DNA of 37,836 nucleotides from an uncultured bacterium (lineage in GTDB: Bacteria > Schekmanbacteria > GWA2-38-11 > J061). How positions within the stretch are numbered: position 1 is the first letter of the stretch; every line of letters starts with the position of its first letter. The stretch spans positions 1 through 37,836 of the forward strand of contig CAZJVM010000022.1 in NCBI GenBank assembly GCA_964549305.1, written 5' to 3'. Of the stretch, positions 19,812 through 27,372 are shown piece by piece. Made by a program: the position numbers and the translations under genes. The notes beneath the pieces are model-generated. The model was not told the origin of the DNA, made no database searches, and worked only from the letters and a program-made list of their open reading frames with translations.

Positions 19812-20600
19812 ATGCGTGAAACCGTTACAATGTGGAAATATACTAAAATGGTTGTGCTTTGCGCTATAACGGCTGCAATATTCGCGGCAATTCTGATTCC
19901 CATGAAAAGCATACCAATCATACCCGGGTCAACGGAAATCAGGCCCGCGTCGGTCATTCCCGTTGTCTTCGGAATTCTCTTCGGGCCTGCCGGTGCCTGG
20001 GGTTCCGCATTGGGAAATTTAATAGGCGACTTCTTCGGCACTCTGGGAATAGGAACAATCTTCGGCCTTATAGGAAATTTTTTCTTCAGTCTCACGGCAT
20101 ACCGCTTAATCAACGCAAGGGACATTTATCATAACTACTGGCAAAAGAAGAGCAAGGTAGTCTTCTGTTCCTTTTTTCTTTATGTGGGCATCGTATCGAG
20201 CGCCGCCTGCGCGTCTATAATTGCCTGGGGGTTAGACATTCTCGGTCTTGTCCCCTTCTCGGTGCTCGCGTCGATTATCTTCATCAACAATCTCATAGTC
20301 TCCGTAGTCCTCGGTCCCCTCGTATTCCTTGTCCTTTATCCGAGAGTGGAAAAATGGGATATGCTTTGGACCGACATACTGAAGGCTTCCGATTTTCACA
20401 AATGCACAGCATCAAAAACCGCAAAGATTCTAATCATCACCGGAAGCATCGGAGCGCTGGCAGTTGGAATTATCCTTTCATCGGGATTCGGCGGAAAAAT
20501 CCCCATAGTTTCCGAGGGGTCTTTTCTTTCTCAATACGCAACCGGGATATCAGTTGTACCGTTCCTCATCATACTCTTAGCTGGCTGTATAATACCCTGA
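19812..20600 (+). CDS. ECF transporter substrate-specific S component (QueT-like family, extended)
   Basis: Motifs MWKYTKMVVL, IIPG.TEIRPA..IPVVFGILFGPAGAWG.A.GNLIGD; about 7-8 TM segments; adjacent to the ECF ATPase gene. Confidence 0.8.
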   Translation: MRETVTMWKYTKMVVLCAITAAIFAAILIPMKSIPIIPGSTEIRPASVIPVVFGILFGPAGAWGSALGNLIGDFFGTLGIGTIFGLIGNFFFSLTAYRLINARDIYHNYWQKKSKVVFCSFFLYVGIVSSAACASIIAWGLDILGLVPFSVLASIIFINNLIVSVVLGPLVFLVLYPRVEKWDMLWTDILKASDFHKCTASKTAKILIITGSIGALAVGIILSSGFGGKIPIVSEGSFLSQYATGISVVPFLIILLAGCIIP

Positions 20601-20608
20601 TTTCTCAA

Positions 20609-22321
20609 ATGGATAAGGAAAAAAAACCACTTCTTGAAGCCGAAGATATAACCTTTTCCTATAAAAATTCTTCGAATAAACAGCTTGACGGCATCTCATT
20701 CAAAATCAATGAAGGTGATTTTGTGGCAGTACTTGGAAAAAGCGGCGCAGGAAAATCCACTCTTTTGCTTACCCTAAACGGTCTCATTCCAAACTTAATC
20801 AGAGGAGATTTCAAGGGGAAAGTAACACTACTGGGGCAGGATATTTCATCTTCGTCCCTTGCGGAATCATCAAAAATAACGGGCATAGTTTTTCAGGATT
20901 TCGAATCACAGCTTTTCTCCACAAGCGTTGACCTCGAAATTGCCTTCGGACTTGAGAATCTCGGAAGGGAAAGGGAAAAAATCAAAGAGGCTATTTTAAA
21001 ATACCTCGCGATGACGGGGCTTGACGGTTTTGAATCAAGACAACCCGCAATGCTTTCGGGGGGAGAAAAACAGCGCCTTGCAATTGCGTCAATGCTTGCT
21101 ATGGAACCGGTTTTAATCTGCCTCGACGAACCCACCACCGACCTTGATCCGGAAGGCAAGGAAAGCGTCTTTAATGTGGTAAAAAAAATCAAGGAAGACA
21201 GGAACAGGACTATCGTGGCAGTGGAACACGAAACTGACGAACTCATTAATTCCGACAAGTGCATACTGATTAACGAGGGAAAAATAATCTTCCTGGGAAA
21301 AAGCGAAGAGATTTTTATAAAAACCGATATGCTCGAGGAATACGGAATCCTTCCTCCCCAACTTGCCCTCATTGCAAAACTTGCGGGTTTCGAAAGGCCT
21401 TTTCGCAACGCGGAAGAATCGGTTTCTTTCATAAAAGCAAAGGGATATTCCATCGACGGGAACGCCGTGGCAAATCTGAAGCAAAGAGATGAGGAAGAGT
21501 TTTCCGCCATAAGGAATTCAGAAATTGAGATAGAATTGGATAATGTGTTTTTTTCCTATGAAGGTGAAAAAGATATCCTCAAAGATATGTCAATTCAATT
21601 CAGGAAAGGCGAGATAACGGCTATTGCCGGAGGAAACGGAAGCGGAAAAACAACTCTTGTAAAGCATTTCAACGGACTGCTTTCTCCCAAATCAGGGAAG
21701 ATAAAGTTAATGGGCAGGGATATAAATGATTACAGCAGTATCGAGCTTGCGCAAAAAGCGGGATTCGTTTTCCAGAATCCCGACTGCCAGATTTTTTCCG
21801 AAACGGTAATGGATGAAGTGGCATTCACACCGCGCCTCCTCGGACTCGATGAGGAGGAAATCGAAAGGAGAGTGAAGGACGCGCTTGATGCCGTGGGACT
21901 TTCCGCCTATGCTGATTATGATCCATTTGTTCTCACAAAGGGCGAAAGACAGAAAATTGCCGTAGCATCGGTGCTTGCGGCGAAAAGCCGTATCATCATA
22001 CTCGATGAACCAACCACGGGGCTTGATTTCAGCGAGCTTAAGGGAATGATGGAGCTTCTTCTCGATTTAAACGGGCAGGGGCATACTATCATTATGGTAA
22101 CCCACTCCATGCACGTAATCACGAATTATGCAAAAAGATTGATAATAATGAATAAGGGGAAGATTGCTTTTGACGGCAAAACAGCAGACGCTGTGGCGGA
22201 CGAAAAACTGCTGTCTGAAAACAATATGAAGGCGCCTGAAGTAGTAAAAATATCCTCTTTGCTCGGATGTCCGCTGAAATCCTTTGATGATTTTAAAAAA
22301 GCGGTTAAAATAAATAATTGA
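20609..22321 (+). CDS. ECF transporter ATPase with duplicated A-A' domains
   Basis: Two NBDs: GKSGAGKST/LSGGEKQR/DEPT and GGNGSGKTT/FQNPD/LTKGERQK/DEPT. ATG 20609 lies 8 bp after the S-gene stop; the ORF-track start at 20354 overlaps the S gene. Confidence 0.9.
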   Translation: MDKEKKPLLEAEDITFSYKNSSNKQLDGISFKINEGDFVAVLGKSGAGKSTLLLTLNGLIPNLIRGDFKGKVTLLGQDISSSSLAESSKITGIVFQDFESQLFSTSVDLEIAFGLENLGREREKIKEAILKYLAMTGLDGFESRQPAMLSGGEKQRLAIASMLAMEPVLICLDEPTTDLDPEGKESVFNVVKKIKEDRNRTIVAVEHETDELINSDKCILINEGKIIFLGKSEEIFIKTDMLEEYGILPPQLALIAKLAGFERPFRNAEESVSFIKAKGYSIDGNAVANLKQRDEEEFSAIRNSEIEIELDNVFFSYEGEKDILKDMSIQFRKGEITAIAGGNGSGKTTLVKHFNGLLSPKSGKIKLMGRDINDYSSIELAQKAGFVFQNPDCQIFSETVMDEVAFTPRLLGLDEEEIERRVKDALDAVGLSAYADYDPFVLTKGERQKIAVASVLAAKSRIIILDEPTTGLDFSELKGMMELLLDLNGQGHTIIMVTHSMHVITNYAKRLIIMNKGKIAFDGKTADAVADEKLLSENNMKAPEVVKISSLLGCPLKSFDDFKKAVKINN

Positions 22322-22400
22322 TGAAACATTTGGAGAGAATATTTAAGTTTTAGAATTTCTATAAGATTTATTAAAGTTTAAGGCCTCAAATTTTCATCTT

Positions 22401-22416
22401 TGGCACGTATATTGCA
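22401..22416 (+). promoter_or_regulatory. sigma54 (-24/-12) promoter
   Basis: TGGCACGTATATTGCA matches TGGCAC-N5-TTGC, 40 bp upstream of the activator ATG. Confidence 0.85.
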
Positions 22417-22456
22417 TAATAGTTTTGATTATATTTTTTTTTAAAAACTAAAATAA

Positions 22457-24805
22457 ATGAATAAAGGACCTGAAATACTTGTCGTAGACGACAACAAAAG
22501 CTTCAGAAGAGGTCTCAACCTCTCCTTCAGCGCTGAAGGTTACAGCGTAACCGAAGCCGAAAACGGCATTCAGGCGTTAAAAACTCTTAAAGAGGGAAGT
22601 TTTGATATTCTCATCAGCGATATCCGGATGCCGGGATTGAGCGGACTCGAACTTCTTGAAAAATTAAAGGAAATGGAGTGCGACTGCCCGGTAATAATGA
22701 TTACGGCGCACGCTTCAGTGGATGTTGCCGTTGACGCAATGAAGAAGGGCGCATTCGATTTCATCGAAAAACCCTTTAAATTTCAAGACATTGAGCTGAA
22801 AGTCAAAAAAGCCCTCGAAAAGCTTTCACTCGTTCGCGAGGTGAAAAAGCTTTCACGGGAAAACGAATATCTCAAGGACGAGGCGAAAAGCGAATACGAC
22901 TTCGAAAACATTGTCGGGAAAAGCAAAAAGATGCTTGAAGTCTATTCGCTCATAAAGAAAATCGCGGCAAGCAGTTCAAACGTGCTGATTTACGGCGAAA
23001 GCGGCACGGGAAAAGAGCTTGTGGCAAGGGCAGTGCATTACAGAAGCGACAGAAGCAACGCGCCTTTTATTAGAATCAACTGCAGTGTCTATCCTGAAAA
23101 CCTTCTCGAAAGCGAACTTTTCGGACATGAAAAAGGCGCCTTTTCAGGCGCTTCGAAATCACGCGTCGGCAGGTTTGAAATAGCAGACGGAGGGAGCATC
23201 TTTATCGATGAAATCGGCGAGCTTTCGGCGCCCGCACAGATAAAGCTTTTAAATGTCATACAGGAAAGAGAGTTTGAAAGAATCGGTGACAATAAGACAA
23301 GAAAGGTAGATGTGAGAATAATCGCCGCAACGAACAAAGACCTTGCGGAATCTGTAGTCAACAAGCAATTCAGGGAAGACCTTTATTACAGGCTCAATGT
23401 CATAAGCATCACTCTACCGCCTCTTAGAGAAAGAAAGGAAGACATCCCCGCTCTCAGTTTCCATTTTTTGAAAAAATACGGAACAGGCAAAAACGCACTG
23501 AAAAAACAACCGATTACAGGAATTTCCAAAGACGCGCTGGACATTCTTTCGGCGTATCATTGGCCGGGAAACGTAAGAGAGCTTGAAAATGTCATAGAGC
23601 GCGCGGTAGTCCTCGCCGAAGGTTCACTTCTTGAAACTCCCGACCTTCCCATGGCGATTCGCACAGATAACCACGCGGAAAGAGTCATCGCGGAAAATGA
23701 CGGCGGAAACCTTCAGGACAAAATCGCGGATTATGAAAAGGCAATTATCGAAAAAGCATTCGAAAAATGCAACGGAGTCATTTCTAAAACAGCGGAAGAG
23801 TTGGGAGTGGAAAGAAATGCCCTTCGTTACAAGCTTAAAAAATACGGTTTCATCGCCCTTTTTCTTTGCGCCTTCCTCTATTCAGTCTTTATGCCGACTG
23901 CATACGCTTTTGACAGCGATGTAAAAGAGGAAACAACGATACTTTGGTCTAAAATATCTGATATTAAAGCGAAAATCAGAGATATATCAACACGGCAGAA
24001 ACTGATTGAGCGAACTTCAAAAGAAAAATCAGAACTGCTGGAAAGAAAAAAGCTGTCCGGCGGTTTTCTTCCCGCATCGGCAGACAATGAGATACAGAAT
24101 CTTTTAAAAGAGATACGCGACCTTTCCGACGAATACACATCCCTTCAGAAGGAGAAAATACGGTTATCACGGGAAATATCAGACTATTCGGAACAATATA
24201 TAAAAGCAGGCTCTCTCAGAATTAAGATGTTGACTGAGAACATCCGGAAAACTTCTTCCGGAGGGGAAACGCCGGAGTGGATTCAGGAATACAGGGAAAT
24301 AGAGGAGATAGAAAAGAATATCTCGCAAGTGACATATTCAGGAAAAAGCAGACTGGAAATCATTGACGGAAACATAGAAATAAGCATATTCAGAAATAAT
24401 CCAAATAATATAGACAGGATAACGGAAGAAATCGAATATATTGACGAAGGCGTAAGTATGCTTATCCAATCGCTCGATAAACTCCATTCAAGACTGGAAT
24501 ATCTTTACAACGTAAAGGAAGCTAAGGAAAGACTAAGTGCTATGTATCGCCGGATTCACTCGGGCGACCGCCTGAAACCCTCTGAACTTGCAGCGGTTTC
24601 AAATCTTGAAAAAGACATAAAATCCCTCGAAGATGAAATTGAAATAATTAAGAATGATATCTCCTTGTCTGAGATAAAGATAAAAGAATTCAAAAAAAAA
24701 TATGCGGAATTAGAAGAAATGATATCCTCATATGAAGACGAGAATATAATAACGGAAAACAAGAGAAAAGAAAACCTGTTGATTCCCGCAAAATCAGAGA
24801 AGTAG
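22457..24805 (+). CDS. sigma54-dependent response regulator (REC-AAA+-HTH, NtrC/AtoC family) fused to a hydrophobic helix and ~300-aa coiled-coil domain
   Basis: REC (VVDD, SDIRMPGLSG, KP); Walker A GESGTGKE; ESELFGHEKGAFSGA; FREDLYYRLNV; WPGNVRELEN; Fis-type HTH ending LRYKLKKYG; then FIALFLCAFLYSVFMPTAYA and heptad-rich E/K/I/L sequence. Confidence 0.88.
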   Translation: MNKGPEILVVDDNKSFRRGLNLSFSAEGYSVTEAENGIQALKTLKEGSFDILISDIRMPGLSGLELLEKLKEMECDCPVIMITAHASVDVAVDAMKKGAFDFIEKPFKFQDIELKVKKALEKLSLVREVKKLSRENEYLKDEAKSEYDFENIVGKSKKMLEVYSLIKKIAASSSNVLIYGESGTGKELVARAVHYRSDRSNAPFIRINCSVYPENLLESELFGHEKGAFSGASKSRVGRFEIADGGSIFIDEIGELSAPAQIKLLNVIQEREFERIGDNKTRKVDVRIIAATNKDLAESVVNKQFREDLYYRLNVISITLPPLRERKEDIPALSFHFLKKYGTGKNALKKQPITGISKDALDILSAYHWPGNVRELENVIERAVVLAEGSLLETPDLPMAIRTDNHAERVIAENDGGNLQDKIADYEKAIIEKAFEKCNGVISKTAEELGVERNALRYKLKKYGFIALFLCAFLYSVFMPTAYAFDSDVKEETTILWSKISDIKAKIRDISTRQKLIERTSKEKSELLERKKLSGGFLPASADNEIQNLLKEIRDLSDEYTSLQKEKIRLSREISDYSEQYIKAGSLRIKMLTENIRKTSSGGETPEWIQEYREIEEIEKNISQVTYSGKSRLEIIDGNIEISIFRNNPNNIDRITEEIEYIDEGVSMLIQSLDKLHSRLEYLYNVKEAKERLSAMYRRIHSGDRLKPSELAAVSNLEKDIKSLEDEIEIIKNDISLSEIKIKEFKKKYAELEEMISSYEDENIITENKRKENLLIPAKSEK

Positions 24806-24843
24806 CGAAAAATTTTTTTTCATCACCGAAAAAAAATTTTCAC
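24806..24843 (+). promoter_or_regulatory. Candidate upstream activator sequences (two tandem imperfect palindromes)
   Basis: CGAAAAATTTTTTTTCA (24806-24822) and CGAAAAAAAATTTTCA (24827-24842), starts 21 bp apart, about 110-145 bp upstream of the sigma54 site. Confidence 0.55.
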
Positions 24844-24909
24844 CCTTTATAGCTCAAACACATCCTAAAATCGCAGAAATACTTTCACAAAAAGGTTTAT
24901 TTCTCACAT

Positions 24910-24922
24910 ATTCAATAAGTTA
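24910..24922 (+). promoter_or_regulatory. Candidate IHF-binding site
   Basis: ATTCAATAAGTTA has one mismatch to WATCAANNNNTTR and lies between the UAS and the sigma54 promoter. Confidence 0.5.
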
Positions 24923-24949
24923 GAATTTTCTATTTATCCCAAAAAAACT

Positions 24950-24965
24950 TGGCACGAATTTTGCA
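24950..24965 (+). promoter_or_regulatory. sigma54 (-24/-12) promoter
   Basis: TGGCACGAATTTTGCA matches TGGCAC-N5-TTGC. Confidence 0.88.
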
Positions 24966-24985
24966 ATATAAAAAGCGACTTAATA

Positions 24986-25003
24986 CAGGACTTGTTTAGT
25001 CCG
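24986..25003. promoter_or_regulatory. Palindromic operator (GGACT-N5-AGTCC), Rrf2/IscR type-1-like
   Basis: CAGGACTTGTTTAGTCCG just downstream of the expected sigma54 start site; 16/18 identical to 36477-36494. Confidence 0.6.
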
Positions 25004-25026
25004 GTTTTATGAGGAGAATTAACAAT

Positions 25027-25368
25027 ATGGCTTTAATTTTAAAAAATAAAACCCGCGCCCGCCGGTCAGAGAAACGCCGTAAAGGTTACGGCAAAAACCT
25101 TCGCGTCTCTCCCTGCAAAAAGAACGATTGGGTATTCTCTGTTTCCGGCGGACGTTTTTTCAATAGAGGAAATTTTACCCTCCTCCACCTAACAGGATAT
25201 TGCGACTGCCTGCATTTAAAAGACGGATACCCTCCTGGCCCAATGCAGGTGGTTGCTTTTCCTTTTTTAAATTTATTTAAAACGAATGTATCTGTTCGTT
25301 CCGCTAATGAAGCAGTTAAAAAAAGAATGCAGGGTAAGAGACACATTTTTTTAAACTCTTACTTTTAA
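25027..25368 (+). CDS. Possible 113-aa basic leader ORF or hypothetical protein
   Basis: GAGGAG RBS ahead of ATG 25027, first ORF after the sigma54 promoter, stop abuts the cytochrome RBS. No recognisable family. Confidence 0.35.
   Translation: MALILKNKTRARRSEKRRKGYGKNLRVSPCKKNDWVFSVSGGRFFNRGNFTLLHLTGYCDCLHLKDGYPPGPMQVVAFPFLNLFKTNVSVRSANEAVKKRMQGKRHIFLNSYF
25202..25268 (+). terminator. Attenuator-like hairpin with U-tract inside the cytochrome leader
   Basis: GCGACTGCCTGCATT (25202-25216) pairs with AATGCAGGTGGTTGC (25242-25256) including 3 G-U pairs, followed by TTTTCCTTTTTT. Confidence 0.5.
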
Positions 25369-25375
25369 AGGAGAA

Positions 25376-26047
25376 ATGATGAAGATGAAAACTTTTTTAA
25401 TCACCTTTATTGTTTCATTATCGATGTTTGTATCAGCTTTTTTCATTACCGAAGTTGCAATTTCAAAATGCAGTAAATCGGTAACAAAGGGCAAAAACCT
25501 TTATGTGGCAAACTGCCAAAGCTGTCACGGCAATAAAGGAAAGATTCACAGAATCAACAGAGAAAGCAGAAGAAGCTTTATGAGGGATGTCCTTGGAAGC
25601 AAGGGCAGATCAGACAGACAGGACAAAGATAATGAAAACGGCGAAAACGAAAGAGATTTCGACAAAGATTCAGAAAATGCTTCAGGAAGTTCTTCAATGC
25701 CCGGTTTTAAAGGAACATTGAAAAAGAGTCAGGTTAATTCCATATACCGTTATCTTAAAAAACCTAAAAAAGCCTGCAACAACGGTGGTGGTAACAACAG
25801 TGGTGGAACAACAAATCCCACATACTCAAGCGACATAAGCAGTCTTCTGTCTTCAAACTGCACCGCCTGCCACAACTCTTCGTCTGCGGCAAAGGGAGTT
25901 GCACTCGATACTTACGCCGATGCCGTATCAAACGCTTCCGCGGCAAAAACAACTATCGATAGTGGCACTATGCCTCCGGGAGGTTCGCTTTCCGCCTCAC
26001 TTGTGTCAACATTTGATACCTGGGTGGCAAATGGCACTCCGCAATAA
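25376..26047 (+). CDS. Exported diheme cytochrome c
   Basis: Signal peptide; CQSCH...MPGF and CTACH...MPPG (His/Met class I type); Gly/Asn linker; second domain resembles planctomycete-type cytochrome c domains; AAGGAG RBS. Confidence 0.85.
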   Translation: MMKMKTFLITFIVSLSMFVSAFFITEVAISKCSKSVTKGKNLYVANCQSCHGNKGKIHRINRESRRSFMRDVLGSKGRSDRQDKDNENGENERDFDKDSENASGSSSMPGFKGTLKKSQVNSIYRYLKKPKKACNNGGGNNSGGTTNPTYSSDISSLLSSNCTACHNSSSAAKGVALDTYADAVSNASAAKTTIDSGTMPPGGSLSASLVSTFDTWVANGTPQ

Positions 26048-26069
26048 TAAAACAGAAATAGCATAACAG

Positions 26070-26100
26070 GAAAAAGGAGGCATTTTATGTCTCCTTTTTC
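26070..26100 (+). terminator. Intrinsic terminator after cytochrome c
   Basis: AAAAAGGAGGCAT-TTT-ATGTCTCCTTTTT followed by a T-rich tail. Confidence 0.85.
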
Positions 26101-26132
26101 TTATTTTTGAATAAAATATGGAGGATTTCATA

Positions 26133-26161
26133 TTGACAGTAATCAGAAAAAGAAATTTAAT
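26133..26161 (+). promoter_or_regulatory. Candidate sigma70 promoter of the U32 operon
   Basis: TTGACA-N17-TTTAAT, 20 bp before ATG 26182. Confidence 0.55.
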
Positions 26162-26181
26162 CAGAATTTTAAGGAAAAAAT

Positions 26182-27357
26182 ATGAAAATTACTTTGCCCA
26201 CGACATTCGAAGATTCATTCGTTGACGGACTTAGACAGATAAACGAAAATTCTCCTCAGGATTCACCTAAAATAGGAGAAGTTTACGGAAGTCTTCAAAG
26301 CTCCATTCTTGCTTCCGCGAGACCGTCGAAATATCTGCCCTCTCCCGATTTCAAGGGAATCAAAAAGCATATCAAAGCCCTGAATAGCGCGGGCATCGCT
26401 TTCTCTTATCTCGTGAATGCCCCCTGCATAGGGAATGTTGAATATTCCCAAACTGGAAGAAAAGAGATTGAAGAGCTTTTTGGCCGTCTTTGCGACAACG
26501 GAGTAACCCGAATGGTAGTTACCATTCCCTACCTTATAGAAATATTACGGGAAAAATTTCCCGGCATAGAAATCTGCGCGTCTTCAATCTGCTACATTTC
26601 AAACGTAAAAATCGCAAAACGCTATGAAGATCTGGGTGTAAAAAGAATCATCATCGACCCGGACAAAAACAGGGATTTCAACCTTATCAGAAAAATAGCA
26701 AACTCAGTTAATTGCGAAATTGAGATAATCGCAAACCATACCTGCATTCATCATTGTTCATATGAATACTACCACTACAACAATACAGGGCACGGGAGTC
26801 AGCGCGCGGAAAGAGTACGGGAGAAACCTTACAATCAATACAACCTGCTTTCCTGCACGCTGAAGAAGCTCGAATCTCCCTGGGAATTTCTCGCGTCTCC
26901 CTGGATACCGCCTGCAGACACAGGCGTTCTGAAAGATAAGGGTGTAAACTGGCTTAAACTTGCCGGCAGAGGGTCATCATCAGAAACTCTTCTTAAACTT
27001 GCAGACGCCTACGCTAACAGAAAGCACGATAAAGACCTGATCTCTCTTTTAGGCTGGTGCCACTGGAATAATTTCAGAAAAAAGGGAGACAATTCTTCAC
27101 TGCCGGAATTGAAAGTACTTCTCGACTCGGAAAAACTGGAAGGGTTCATCGATAAATTCAGAAAACATTATGACTGCGACGACGGTTGCGAAACCTGCAG
27201 TCATTGCAAAAAATACGCGGAAAAAGCTATAAGTTATGATATTGAGCTTTTAAAGGAATACAGAAAAAATCTTTCGGAGAAACTATCATCGGTTATCAGA
27301 GAAGACAAAAAGAAAGAGGCAACACAAAGGAATACACATCTCAAGGTATTACCCTGA
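26182..27357 (+). CDS. Peptidase U32-superfamily Fe-S protein (candidate O2-independent hydroxylase)
   Basis: Motifs EVYGS, F.YL.NAPC, ASSI, D.NRDF, ANHTCIHHC...H...C, PWI, LKLAGR; C-terminal CDDGCETCSHC. Confidence 0.78.
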   Translation: MKITLPTTFEDSFVDGLRQINENSPQDSPKIGEVYGSLQSSILASARPSKYLPSPDFKGIKKHIKALNSAGIAFSYLVNAPCIGNVEYSQTGRKEIEELFGRLCDNGVTRMVVTIPYLIEILREKFPGIEICASSICYISNVKIAKRYEDLGVKRIIIDPDKNRDFNLIRKIANSVNCEIEIIANHTCIHHCSYEYYHYNNTGHGSQRAERVREKPYNQYNLLSCTLKKLESPWEFLASPWIPPADTGVLKDKGVNWLKLAGRGSSSETLLKLADAYANRKHDKDLISLLGWCHWNNFRKKGDNSSLPELKVLLDSEKLEGFIDKFRKHYDCDDGCETCSHCKKYAEKAISYDIELLKEYRKNLSEKLSSVIREDKKKEATQRNTHLKVLP

Positions 27358-27372
27358 CTGAAAAATGATTTA

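Noticed and set aside
20354-20608. ORF-track N-terminal extension of the ECF ATPase (similar extensions at 450, 5615, 15604, 28763, 35891)
   Set aside because: The extensions overlap neighbouring genes or promoters and lack family similarity; downstream starts fit family N-termini and mostly have better RBS or coupling.
20893-21510. Long antisense ORFs (e.g. 20893-21510, 32449-32982, 12409-12873, 35974-36453)
   Set aside because: They are shadows of well-supported opposite-strand genes with no recognisable motifs.
25060-25140. c-di-GMP-I (GEMM) riboswitch in the cytochrome leader
   Set aside because: GGCAAA is present but the GAAA tetraloop stem and ACGCAAAG junction are not; kept only as an unassigned structured leader.
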